Source of the DNA: Azolla caroliniana | Lineage: Eukaryota > Plantae > Polypodiophyta | Assembly: GCA_043228905.1 (NCBI GenBank) | Contig: JBHGNT010000014.1 | Location: 12,400,001-12,464,000 of the forward strand | Length of the DNA stretch: 64,000 nt | Direction of reading: 5' to 3' | Shown here: positions 10,600 to 23,214 of the stretch, one piece after another | How positions within the stretch are numbered: position 1 is the first letter of the stretch | Layout: every line of letters begins with the position of its first letter | Program-made: the position numbers and the translations under genes | Notes under the pieces: model-generated | Databases searched by the model: none | What the model was told of the DNA's origin: nothing | The model's input: only the letters and a program-made list of their open reading frames with translations

Positions 10600-13500
10600 T
10601 GTAAACGTAAGTGTTTGCGGAAGCGTAAAACAGAGAACAACACAGAGAGAGAGAGAGAGAGCGAGAGAGACAGAGAGAGCAGAACACAATTTCTAAATTA
10701 TATCAAGACTCTGTACACACACTGTGCTAAGTAGCACTATTTATACAAGTCCTTTTGGGACTGACAGAAGTACCATGTACTTCAATGCTCACACGAGCAT
10801 CTGACACTTACTACGAGACTATAGCTACCTAGTAGTCTATCCTATACTAGGCTTCCGATTGGACTTCCGGTTACGGATTGCACCCGGCCTCCACTGCTTG
10901 CCGGTTCGGTTGCTCACCGTAATACCGATCCGTTTCGCCCGATCCGTCTCGCTTACCGGCTCCGGCTTATTCAGCCGATCCGGCTCCGGTTGAGCTTGCC
11001 GCTCAACACTCCCCCTCAAGCTCAACCTGAGGTGGGGTCGTAGTGTCGACCTCTGTGGCAGTCGGTTCTTCCAACCGACTTCTCCTGGCGCCACTCCGCC
11101 TTGCTCGCGCTCCTCGTCCGGTCCGGTCTCGTTTTTCGTGACCCCTTTGGTTCTGTGCGCCTCGACCCTCTCGGTCGGCATGTCTGCTCAATAGGCCCAT
11201 CTCAGCACTCACGTTGTTGTGACTCTGGCGCTTGTCGATCCGTCGGTTCTCCCATGATGGCATTGACTTCCGCTGTGTCCGTGTCCCCTTGGCCTTCAGT
11301 CGATCCGACTCATCTGGATCCATCTGTTAATCCGAGTCAGCTGTCTCTAACTCGTTCCAGCTCTTGTCCGAATCAGTACACTCCGATTCGACTTCCGGCT
11401 TCAGGCCTCTCACCACATCGGACCACTTCCGAGTCTTGGCCTTCTCCATGCTTCTCTTGGCTTCTTCAGCCGGTGAACCGAAATCGAATTCTTCTCAGTA
11501 CCGTCGTGATGACCTCCGCACAGCATGCACTTCTCTTCCTGAGTGCACAACTCTTCTTCACAGCCGCTTGCTCCGACCTGTTCGGATGTGTCGACTTCCT
11601 TCGTCGACTCAGCTTCCTTCAGCTTCTTGTCTCCTCTTCTTCCGGCTCTCCTCTTACCGACGGGTTCAACTGTTTTTTGGCCTTTGCCCGTTTTGGTAGA
11701 GACTTTGCCCTTGCTTCTCCCCCTCAAGTGCGGCACGTCGAGATGCTGAATACCAAGCATGTCGGTAAAGTGCTGCAACTTGTCCGATCCGAGCGGCTTC
11801 GTGAAGATGTCGGCAACTTGCCGATCCGTATGAACATACCGTAGGTCAACTTCACCGCTCAGGACCCGCTCACGCACGAAGTGGTAGTGCACCTCGATGT
11901 GCTTTGTGCGAGCATGGAACACAGGGTTCTTGGTGAGCTGCAGGCTGCTCATGTTATCGCAGTAAATCGGGATCGGGGTCGGTACCTCGATCCGCAAGTC
12001 TCGCAGCAGTCGCTGAAGCCAGATGGCTTCACAAGTGGCAATGGTAGCGGCCCAGTACTCAGCCTCAGTGCTTGACAAAGCCATTATGGGTTGCTTCTTG
12101 CTGCTCCACACAACGGTCACGCTACCTATGGAGAACATGTATCCGGAAGTGGAGCGGCGATCAGACGCATCGCCGGCCCAGTCAGCATTTGTGTAACCGA
12201 CAAGCTCTTCGGGTATACCTCGCTGGTATAGCAGTCCCTGGTCCTTAGTGCCGCTGACATACCATAATATTCGTTGCGCGCACTGAAGGTGCTCCACGGT
12301 CGGCTTCTGCATGAACTGACTTACCATGCCGACCGGATAGCTGATGTCGGGTCGGGTGATGGTTAAGTAGATCAGGCTTCCGACAACCTGTCGGAACCGT
12401 TTCTCATTGCAGGCCGGTCCGGAGGTGGGACGGAGCTTCTGGTTCCGGTCCAGGGGTGTGGAGACAGGTCGGCAATCCGTCATGCCGAACTTATACAGCA
12501 TATTCAACACGTAATGTCGTTGTGAGAGCAATATGTCGTCGGGGGTCCGGATCACTTCGATCCCAAGAAAATAATGAAGGTCCCCCAGGTCCTTCATTTC
12601 GAATGCGTCCGACAACTGGGACTTGACGCGGTTGATTTCGGGAAGACCCGGTCCGGTGATGACTAAATCATCCACATACAAGAGTATACATACCGGACCG
12701 TCAAAGCCTTGCCGGATGAACAACGAAGAGTCTGACTTAGAGACAGCAAACCCCAGCTTACACAACCGGTGCGTGATCTTCGCGTTCCAAGCTCGGGGGG
12801 CTTGCTTCAAGCCGTAAAGCGACTTCTTCAGTCGGCATGCCGCCGACTTGTTCATCTCCGATTGAAATCCGGGGGGCTGAGTCATAAAGACTTCTTCTTC
12901 AAGCTCGCCTTGAACGAAGGCGTTCTTCACATCCATTTGCTGAAGATGCCACCCCCTTGCCGCAGCAACCGCCAGTACCACACGAACCGTCGTGATCTTC
13001 GCCACAGGAGCAAAGGTCTCGTCATAGTCGATTCCGTGGGTCTGCGCGTATCCCTTCGCCACTAACCGGGCTTTGTACCGGTTAACAGAACCGTCGGCGT
13101 TGTACTTGACCTTGTACACCCACTTGCATCCGATCGGTTTACAGTGACAGGGAGGATCAACTAGGTCCCAAGTTTCGTTGGCATCGAGTGCCCGCATTTC
13201 TTCGTCCATAGCGGCACGCAAATTTGCGTCCTTTGCCGCTTCTGCGTAGCTCTCCGGCTCACGCACTTCTGTCACTTTAGTCATGTATGCATAATGATGC
13301 GCCATGTATTCATTGTACTCGTACCGCATGACGGGATCCTTCTGGCGGGTTGATCGGCGCAACGCACCGTCACCTGATTTGAGGCCCTTCTTGGCCAGTT
13401 CGGTCTTCGTTGCCGAAGATCCGCCTTTCTCCTTTCCGGAGTCGGATACGCACCGATCCGACTCATCGTTGCCGGTTTCGAATTCCGGCATCTTCCTCCT

Positions 13501-16500
13501 CCCCTTCTCTTTGCGCGTGAACCATTTCCTTGGTTCCTTGCGCGGGGAGAGCACGGCAGAGTCTCCACCACTTGCCGTCTCTTCATCCGACTGGTCCAAC
13601 CGACTAAGTCACTCGTTCGGTCCACTCAGCCATAACGATTCCGGACTCTCATCTTGAGTCCCGGCTTCATCATCCTCTGCCAGGGCTGATTCAGGCTCAC
13701 TGGCCTGATCTTCCGACATTGGGTCGGGATCGGAAGTCGGAGTCGGTACGGAGTACCAGGATGCCGATTCATCGAACTCGACATCCTGGCTAACTCGGAC
13801 TTCCTTCGTCCGGGGGTTATAGCACTTATACCCCTTTTGCTCTTGAGCATAGCCGACTAGGATGCATTTTTCCGATTTTGCATCCAGCTTCCTCCGCTTC
13901 CGATCCGGCACATGCACATACGCTATGCTGCCGAATATCCGAAGGTGTCTTAAGTTCGGCTTGCGCCCGAAATACAGCTCATGAGCTGACACCTTGTCAC
14001 CAATGCAGTTTTGTATGTAGACGGCCGTCTGGATCGCCTCCGCCCAGTAGAACCGAGGCATGCTCTTTTCCTCCAGCATTGCCCTTGCCGCTTCGACGAG
14101 TGTCCGGTTCTTCCTTTTGGCCACACCGTTTTGCTCCGGTGTGTATCTGTTGTTGAACTCTCGCCGAATTCCCTTCTGCTGCAGATAACTAGTGAATTGG
14201 CCGGAAAAATATTCCTTTCTGCCATCCGACCGAAGGCATTTGATCTTCCTCTCTGATTCCTGTTCCACCATCTTTTGGAGGCTTCGGAAACAGTCGAAGA
14301 CTTCGCTCTTCCGCTCAATGAGGTAGATCCAAGTATATCGAGTATAGTCGTCGATGAAGGAGACGAAGTACCGGCTCCCGCCAAGGCTTACACTTTGTGC
14401 CGGTTCCCACACATCCGAATGGATGAGATCGAGCTTGTTACGGTTCCAGTTCCGTTCGGTGGGGAATGGAAGCCGGTGTTGCTTCCCAAGTTGGCAGGCT
14501 TCACAGATTTCGGCTCTCCGGCCGCTGAACTTCGGCAAACCGAAAACGACTTGTTTCGTTTGCAGGTCTTGAAGCCTTCGGTAGTTGACGTGGCCTATCC
14601 GCTTGTGCCATAGGTCGATGTCCGACTCGACCTTCTGTCATTTCACGAACAGAGCGGTGCCAAAGTCATTGGTGTTGAGGATAAACATCCCCGTCTCTGC
14701 GCCCTTGCGCAATGACTTCGCCCTCATCCTCAATGAAGCACCCGAGGTGCGTAAACCGCACCTGCATCCCCTGGTCGACAATTTGACCGACGGACACCAG
14801 GTTCTTCGTGATTGTCGGAACGTGTAATACGTTCATCAGCTTCCCTTTCTGTCCGACGTGGCTTAGAGGGACTTCTCCGACGTGCACGATTGGGTGAGGA
14901 GTGTCGTCTCCGGTTTCGACTACTCCTGGTTGATCCGGTTTCTCCAGAAAGGAGAACCACTCTTTGTGGCTCGTCATGTGGTTCGACGCGCCGGAATCAA
15001 CATACCACACTTCCTCCGTTTTGGAAGTGGTCTTCTTCATTGAGTTTGCCTTGTGATTCATCACCAAGGTTGGCCCCTTACTGGCCTTTCCAGTTCCGGA
15101 TCCTCCTGATCCGTTTGCGTAGTGCAAGTTTTGTCGGCCATCCTTACCGGCCTTGCCGAATCCGGATTTGTCCGAATCAGCACGCTTTCTCCAGCACTCG
15201 CTTTCCCTGTGGCCTTTTTTGCCACAGTACCAGCATTCCGTAGCGGGTTTGTCTTGCCGGCCTCCGGCACCACCTTGACTCCCCCTGCTTGTGGAAGTCC
15301 TGGAACTGTTGTCGGCACGCTCATAGTGCCTCCGTTCCTGCTCTTGCCGGCCACCTCCATTGCATGCCGACCCACCTCTTCCACCACGCCCACGGAGCCG
15401 ATCCGTTCCCGTGTACAGCATTCGGCTGTCCGGGGATGCACTGGTAGATGCACCGGCGTGGTTCTCCTCTACAAGGAGCATCGACTGTAAGTCGAAGAAT
15501 GAGGGGGTATTCTCCCTTGTACACACCGCAGTCCGGAGCGCTCCGAACTTGGACGCCAGGCCTCCGAGACATACCTACACCATCTCGTCTTCCTCTACGG
15601 TAACATTGATAGAGGCGAGCGAGTCGCAGATCTCCTTTATCCGGCTCGTGTAGTCTGCCACGGACATGTTCTTCTGTCGAACATTGCTCAACTCATGTCT
15701 GAGTTGCAGCCTTCGGGCAGTAGTGCTTGCGGCGAAAACCTTTTTCAGGTTCCCCCAAGCATCCTTTGGTGTCTTGGCGTCACGGATGTGGCTGAGCAGC
15801 TGATCGCCGACACTGGACGCGAAGCAGTACATCACCCTGCTTGCCGCTTGTTCCCATACCGGGAAGTCCTTGTGTGCCGAGTCTGGCGCCGCATCGTTCG
15901 ATCCTTCGACATAACTCCAGTACCCGTGTCCAAGCAGGTACTGGTGCATCTTGTAAGACCAGGATGCGTAGTTGCTCCTGTCGAGCTTCTCCACCGGGAG
16001 CGACGTAGCCATGCCTCTATCCATGTATTCTACTGTGTCTATTTTCGACCTGTTAGGGTTTTCTTCTCAAGAGTAAATGTCTGCAGCAGAGGTCCTCAAC
16101 CCTCGCGCTCTGATACCATGTAAACGTAAGTGTTTGCGGAAGCGTAAAACAGAGAACAACACAGAGAGAGAGAGAGAGAGAGCGAGAGAGACAGAGAGAG
16201 CAGAACACAATTTCTAAATTATATCAAGACTCTGTACACACACTGTGCTAAGTAGCACTATTTATACAAGTCCTTTTGGGACTGACAGAAGTACCATGTA
16301 CTTCAATGCTCACACGAGCATCTGACACTTACTACGAGACTATAGCTACCTAGTAGTCTATCCTATACTAGGCTTCCGATTGGACTTCCGGTTACGGATT
16401 GCACCCGGCCTCCACTGCTTGCCGGTTCGGTTGCTCACCGTAATACCGATCCGTTTCGCCCGATCCGTCTCACTTACCGGCTCCGGCTTATTCAGCCGAT

Positions 16501-16529
16501 CCAGTTCCGGTTGAGCTTGCCGCTCAACA
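10600..16529 (-). mobile_element. Full-length young Ty1/Copia inserted into the chromovirus gag
   Basis: LTRs 10600-11008 and 16119-16529 differ by about 3 substitutions and one GA unit; perfect TSD GCGAG; PBS-Met before 16119; PPT 11009-11020; host gag rejoins as ...EWKAR|QQLDLLRH. Confidence 0.98.
11410..16024 (-). pseudogene. Copia gag-pol broken by stops/frameshifts
   Basis: ORF pieces 15575-16024 (gag), 14666-15526 (CWYCGKKGHRESEC, VDSGASNHM), 13609-14538 (integrase), 11410-13599 (RT YVDD, RNase H HARTKHIEVHYH). Confidence 0.95.
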
Positions 16530-17141
16530 GCGAGCCTTCCACTCAGAATTAGAAGGAAGAAATTGTTTATTGAGAGCTTCCTTCAATTCTTCCCACGTAT
16601 TCACGGGCATGGGCCCCTTTTGTCGAATGCTATCATCCATGAAGTTGCGCCACCATAGTTTAGCATCCCCGGCCAAGAAGGTTGAGCAATGGAAGACTCG
16701 GTCCGCCTCGTTGAGGATACGGGCGGCTAGGAAGAATTGCTCGCAATCCCAAATGAAATTCTCCAAAATTTGGGCATCTCGAGCTCCATTGTAGCTTTCG
16801 GGTTCACGAGGCTTCACACGTGGAGATTCGTTGGCGCATCGAGCCGCTTCTTCTCGCGCATCATTCTTGGCACGAGACTCTTTAGCAAGTAGACACAGCA
16901 ATTCCGAATTCGTGTCGGCGAGGCGAGCACTAAGGTCCCTGACCATAGTGATAAGATTGTCGGCTTCACTTTCAAGTAAGGCAACTCTTGTCTCGAGTTC
17001 CTTAACACGTAGACGGAGGTTTCGGGGAGGATTTATAGGAACCTCCTCCGAAGCCGATGACACATTCGCCGGGTTGGAAGTAATGGAGGCATTAGGAGCC
17101 GCTTCCATGGTTGGTGCATCCATATTTTCATGTGCAACCAT
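16530..17141 (-). pseudogene. Chromovirus gag N-terminal part
   Basis: VKPREPESYNGARDAQILENFIWDCEQFF...AKLWWR...WEELKEALNKQFLP (retrotransposon gag); continues at 10594 and carries a TAG at ~10460. Confidence 0.92.
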
Positions 17142-17245
17142 TCTAGAATCAGTACGTCAAGAAAGCTATTTGAAAGGATACTACCTTAAGATTCACGATT
17201 CCCACAAGCCGCAAGCGTAGTTTTAGCGAGTTCGCTCTGATACCA

Positions 17246-17670
17246 TGTAACACCACCGAAATTTCGCAATAAGGGTGGATCGCCGATTGGATTCGAACTC
17301 GCGTGTCTACGTTTTTTGACTAAGGGAAAATATAATTAAGGGAGAGAACTTGGATATGTTGAACTCCGCCCAATCACCCTCTGTCCAACTTATATACAAG
17401 ATCCTCCTTTTCTCTCATAAGTTTTCCCATATAGTACATAAGTACCTTACATCCGTCATAATGGTATTTAATAGAAGTCATTAGGGAGATTCCCTTCTTC
17501 CACATAGGTAGTTGACTTCATTTAAAGATTATTCAAATGCCTAGGGAGATTCCCTTTCCCCACTTAGGTACTTGAGTATTATGGTATTAAATGCACTAGA
17601 TGTCACATTCACCATGTGCACCTTACCTTGGGAATGGTACATGTACCATAAGCCCCATGCTCACACCTTG
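17246..17670 (-). repeat. Truncated 5' LTR of the chromovirus
   Basis: Homology to 6094-6451 stops after GCTCACACCTTG; outer ~170 bp and TSD absent. Confidence 0.9.
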
Positions 17671-17888
17671 GAAACTTTTCCTTATTTACATGAATACCCC
17701 CCCCCCCCCCTCCTCCCCCACCTTAGGCTCCCTGGAAACTTTCGCAGCTAGCTTCAACCCTTGGGCTGGCTGATTTCCATTGCTTCTACTTCTAACTACT
17801 TCTTCTTCCTCTTCTTCTGCGAACTACAGAATTTGAATTCACGATATTTTCTTGTGTCTTTCGATCGTTTCGAGAGAAACGGGTTCGC

Positions 17889-18266
17889 TAACAATCGACA
17901 ACGGTTCGGTTCAGTTCGGTTCGAGAAAGTCTCCACCGAACCGGTTTGAAACGGAACCGTTAAAACATTTTGGAACCCGAACCAAACCAAACCGTAAAAA
18001 CCATTAAACTGCTAAAACCATGGTTTCATGGTTCGGTTTCCGCTTTCAACTTAGGTCAAAATTCAAATTTAAAATTTTTCATTATTTCAAATTTTAATTT
18101 TTCAAAATTTTAAAGAAATTTCCTAAAATGTGAGAAATAGGCCTAAAAATGAAAAGGTTGTTTCAAAAAATATAAAATATTTAAACTAAGGTTTCAAACC
18201 ATATAAGCCATTATGCCATGATTTCGTGGTTTAGTTCGGTTCAAACCGAACTGTTGCCGATTGTTA
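17889..18266. mobile_element. hAT-family MITE
   Basis: ~23-bp TIRs TAACAATCG(A/G)CAAC(G/A)GTTCGGTT, perfect 8-bp TSD GGGTTCGC, many subterminal AACCG/CGGTT motifs. Confidence 0.9.
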
Positions 18267-18360
18267 GGGTTCGCTGGCATTTGCCTTAATGCTCAACCCT
18301 CTAGGTTAATGTTCTAAACCCATGTTCATTTTCAAGAACAACCTAATTTCTCATACCTTA

Positions 18361-20043
18361 TGTTGAGAATCAAGCTCAACCTAGCCTAGTGTGTGAAAAC
18401 ACCCTTCAGAGTGTATGAACACTCAAAGATCAAAAGTCACACCATTACTCTTTACACATTAATTGTGTGTCATAGAATCATATTCTATGACACATAACTA
18501 ATGAGTTTCCACATTCCCCATGACCAATGAGCTTCGATAGTTAATGAAGAGAGAGAGTGACTATATAAATCACTCTCCTACTTTGTTATAGGTTGGTTAA
18601 TCTCCTTTGTAATATACAATCGTCTTGAGTATTTTTCTATCTATCTTGTGTTCCTCTCTCTCTCTCATGCTTTTGCTATATGTAGATGATGTAGTGCTTT
18701 TTGCAAATACTTTAGGAGATGTACAAAAGCTTATGAAGGCATTGGAAAAAATTTGCATGCATACTAAATTAAGTGTCAATAGCTCTAAAACAAAGATTAT
18801 GCTTGTGAAGAGCCAAAAAAGAGATAAACCATGCATTATGTACACCAATGAGCCAATTGAATGTGAGGAAAGCTTCAAATATCTTGGCCTTGAAGTTCCT
18901 TCAAATCATAGATGGAAAATGAATGTGTTACACGCCGCTTAGAGGCAGGTAAGCGAGCATACTATGCATTTGAGAACACATGCAATCTTCGAGATATTAA
19001 GTGTTGGGTCCTCAAGAAATATCTTTTCGACACTTTGGTGACACCAATTCTTCTCTATGGGGTGAAAGTATGGGGCGGTAGCATCCCTAAATCTATGTGG
19101 AAAGAGTTTGAAAATGTCCAAAAACATTTTCTTACAAAGTTTCTACAAGTTAAGAAACAAACGCCCTACACCCTCCTCCTCCTTGAGACGAGATCGCTTC
19201 CCATTGAGATCATGGCCATGGAAAGGGTTGTTGAATACATGCTTAAGGTTCAAAAAAGTCCCTCACATCGACTTCCTAGAATTGCGTGGGAAGCAAGCAA
19301 AAAAATCCAATAGACACATAAAAACAAATTTTTATGTTCCGGTTGGATGCAAGATATAGAAAAATGGTTTGGTAGATGGGATGCGAGACACTTGCTTCAT
19401 GATGCATCATTAGATTCCTCTGTAAATGAGGCCTTTTTGCGACGCCAATGTATTATGACATGGGACAAATGTGGAGGCTCGCACTTCACAAATTATACTA
19501 CACATGTTGCACCTAACTACAAAACCATATTCTTTGCGGAACGGGGAAATCGTACACATCGATACATGTTAGAGCCCATACCGTTATCTGCCATTCGAAC
19601 CATTGCTTCCATGCGACTTAGCTCACATGCATTGCGATGTGAAACAGGGCGTTGGGGCACAAGTGATGAGAGTGGTTGGCTATGCACACTTTGCCCTAAA
19701 CAAGTTCGCGAGTTTGAGTATCACACTTTGATACAATGCTCTGCCTTTGATCATATTCGACCATGCTTTCCACATGTCTTCGACCAAGCCCAATCTTTGC
19801 ATGAATTCCTCTCACAACCACAATGTGCACTCTCAATTGCAACATTCATTGGTAAAGTTCTTGAACATCAAGAGTCACTACTCACTTTCACACGTATCAC
19901 GTGAAATGTAATATTTTTGGTCTCATAGGTCATATTTGACCTCCGAAGACGATAATATAATCTATCTATCTATTTATCTATCTCTCACACACACACATCT
20001 CTAACCTATTCCGTGGCACAAGAATCACCATCGATTCTTTACA
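18361..20043 (+). mobile_element. Solo LTR split by a LINE
   Basis: TGTTGAGAATC...GATTCTTTACA termini; reverse-complement relative of 21336-21733; LINE sits in its (CT)n tract; TSD only partial (CCTTA/CCTAG). Confidence 0.75.
18667..19960 (+). mobile_element. 5'-truncated RTE/RTEX-like LINE, subfamily A
   Basis: RT end LLYVDDVVLF...FKYLG, PILLYG, C-terminal SSHALRCETGRW...LCTLC...EYHTLIQC; (CT)n at 5' junction, (TCTA)n/(CT)n at 3'. Confidence 0.9.
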
Positions 20044-20049
20044 CCTAGC

Positions 20050-22350
20050 AAACGAACACAAGCAACTTTTGTAATGAATTCAACATCCAACACGATGTGC
20101 TAGAGTTGAATGCAAGCTTCCTTGATACACCATCTTTTTGACCTATTTAGATTTAATGAATCTTGGTGTTAAGCCTAGTACCCATAACCAATAGTTTGCT
20201 AAATAAATTCTATGACATGTCTAAAGCCTAGTAAAATGCTTTCACCTTGAGTTTTAGTATGGATTAATATTCTCTCTTCCATAAACTCTCATGTCATAAT
20301 GGATGTTGATCTTTTCTACACTTCAACACAATAATTCATATCATTTGCATTCAACACTTTTTCCCATAATAACATGAATCCAATGGCATGTTGATACATT
20401 AGGTAAAGGGGGCCAATACATATATGTTTTATAGCTTTTAAGAGCTCTTTTTCTAGATAAAAATTGAATTCTCCTTTTTTAACAGACATTGCATTTTCTT
20501 TTGAGCATGCACATATTGTTTTCCTTGCATGGGAAGTTAGTTTCTACAAATGTATGCTGACTATTCATATTTATCACATGCTTCCTTCATACCTATGTGC
20601 ATTGAAGCTTATCTTTACCCTAATAAATGCTTTGACGATGTTGTATCATTGTAAGCTATACCACTAAACAATTCTATGAATGAAAATGTTGTATATGAAG
20701 GGGTTTGACATTGGTTGTCATGTCACGATGAAGAAATCAACATGGACTAAACTTGATTGCATCATAATGCAATCAAGTTTTATCCATGACTGAGTTATCT
20801 TTTTTTGTCACCCTATTTTGGGTTGTATACCCACCATTCATAACTTTCAACTCCAAAGAATAGGCACAATACAGTATTGAGATTTTGTTTTTTATTTTTT
20901 GCTTCATAAGATGTATATACTTATGTCCATATTTTCTATATTCCATACTTTTTCTCATAAGAATGTGAATCCATTATTACCCCTTTTTTTCCTAAGTAAA
21001 TATTGAAAGGTTTGACTAATGTCCATCTTGTAAATTTAATGTGGAGAAAAGTTTGACTTTTATTGTATGATGTCAAACTAAACAAGAGGTTTTATAATGA
21101 ATGCAACATGAAACACATTACATTCATTTGAAATTTAGACATAAGATTACATTGTCACATTATACCCTTTACTTTTGGTATAACCATAATAAAGAAGCAT
21201 GTGAACCGTAATAATGTAAATCCCGATCACGGCCACTTGTGTATGGGTAAAAAGGCTACTCAAGTCAAAAGTAGAGTGCTTATAATTGGATAGATACACC
21301 CTTTAGGGAGCTCCAACATTATAAATACTAACTAGTGTAAAGAATCGGATATGATTCTTGTGAAGCGGAAGAGATGTGAGTTATGTGTGTGTATGAGAGA
21401 GAGTGTGAGAGTGAGAGAGTGAGAGAGACAAGGAATGATACACAAAGAATACGCAAGGTAGATTCTATTAACAAAGGAGAAAGACTCAACTCAATACAAG
21501 GTGGGAGGAGGGTGCTTTATATAGTCACCCTCTCTCTTCATTAACTACAAGACTCATGGAGCATGGGGAATGTGAAAGCTCATAAGTTATGTGTCATAGA
21601 ATATGATTCTATGACTCATACTAAATGCTAGAATACAAAGAGGTGACATAATGGTGACTCTTGATCGTTGGAGTGTCTATTCACTCTCAAGGTGAGTTCA
21701 CACACTAAACCAAGTTGAGCTCGATTCTCAACAACTGGTATAGGTTAGATGTAAATACACACCACTTAAGATGTAATTCACGTACAAGGGTGTACACCTC
21801 GTAATGTTTGACCTCCCTAAAGAGAGTATTTTCCAATTATGGGTACTCTACTTGCACCTTAAGCAATCTTTTAATCCATGGACATATTTACAAAAGCAAC
21901 CTTGGCTGGAATATACAAGATCTTAATAAGAAAGCACATGAATCTACAAGGATCATTTGTGGGAACATCTAAAATCTCTTATATATATGCCTACATCTAA
22001 TCGATGACGCTTATAATTTAGATATTCTAGCCATGGATTTATTGTTTGCAACATGGCACAATTTCGTTCTACATTTGAGGATGCTGATTTATGTGAGTTT
22101 CCACATTGATTAAGTTGCCAAGACACTATTATGCAAACCTACTAGAGTGTGTAAGTAGGGATCAACTATCTCTGCTTAAATGAGTGTGAGCCTTAGCCTC
22201 ATGAACCTAAGGTCATTCAACACATTTCTGACTCCCTTTGTTCATAGTATACAAGAGAAAGTTGGTCAACAAAGCAATTGCAAATACATCTCTTTTCATG
22301 ACTCGATTCAACCAAATGCACTAAACTTTAGAATCACTGACATTTTTTTA
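20050..22350 (-). mobile_element. Possible very old Copia internal remnant
   Basis: Only faint similarity, e.g. KNKISILYCAYSLELK near 20850 resembling the post-integrase KCIFVGYS motif; limits uncertain. Confidence 0.3.
21336..21733 (-). mobile_element. Solo LTR
   Basis: TGTAAAGAATC...GATTCTCAACA termini; TSD ACTAG/ACTGG. Confidence 0.85.
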
Positions 22351-23214
22351 TCTTAATGGCAGAGGGATTTGCTGGAGGGGGATGTTTTGCCATTTCACGT
22401 AATCCATATTGGCAAGACTGAATAATAAACGCAAATTAGCTATGGAAATTCCTATTTACAAAGCAACAATACCGAAAGCTACACTTTCCTTTCCAATGAT
22501 ATTAATTGCTCAGAATTTAAGAGAAGCCTTTCTCTTCCATGGCATTCGCCCCAATTTCAAGAGTATGAAACTTTTTACTTATTAACATGACACATAACAA
22601 GAATCCAGTAACTACCAAGCTGTTGATGAAACACATTTATCACAAGTTTATGATATAAGACATCAGACTTCCCTGATGATAAGAGATCATTTGCATGTTG
22701 CCACAGAAAATTTCCATTGAGTGGGTTGTAAGCCTTTGCCAAGGAGATCATTTTAAGTTTATGATATAAAAGCATTAGAGTTCCCTAACAATAAGATATC
22801 ATTTGTATGTTGTCAAGGATTTTCCATTGAGTGGGTTGGAGATTTCCCGCTTTAAATCACCCAACTCTTTACATAGCACAAGTGTAACTATATATCTTAT
22901 GTTTCCCCATTATGTCTTCAAAGTTGATGAGACAATACATGCCAAGAATAAATACAGAAAATATAGTGGGATCTTTGATTGTCATGCCTCTGAGATTTAA
23001 CCCCTAATAAAGCATTTCACTCTACGGCAGCTCACTGTTTTCCTCTTAATCGGTGGTCACGTACAAGTTTGGTAAGCAATATCAGCAACAGCATTTTGAC
23101 ATCCTTTTCTCTCAACAGGAAGCTAAAACTGCCATTTTGGGCTAACCAATACCAGCCAAAAATACATATACATAAATTCACATTAGCACAATTGGAATCT
23201 CTCCATTAAAAATG

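Larger units (their letters stand above)
6094..17670 (-). mobile_element. Ty3/Gypsy chromovirus (Galadriel-like), defective, interrupted by a Copia
   Basis: 3' LTR 6094-6620 (TGTAACA...TGTTACA) with adjacent PPT; PBS-Met (GCTCTGATACCA on +, 17234-17245); 5' LTR 17246-17670 truncated at its outer end; gag-PR-RT-RH-INT-chromodomain order. Confidence 0.95.

Noticed and set aside
11101-16123. Numerous antisense ORFs over the Copia (also over the other retroelements and the PPR gene)
   Set aside because: Shadow frames of coding sequence with no recognisable motifs.
6071-17720. G22 left and C-run right of the chromovirus as possible terminal inverted repeats
   Set aside because: Homopolymer runs recur elsewhere (25201, ~51770); no TSD or further complementarity.
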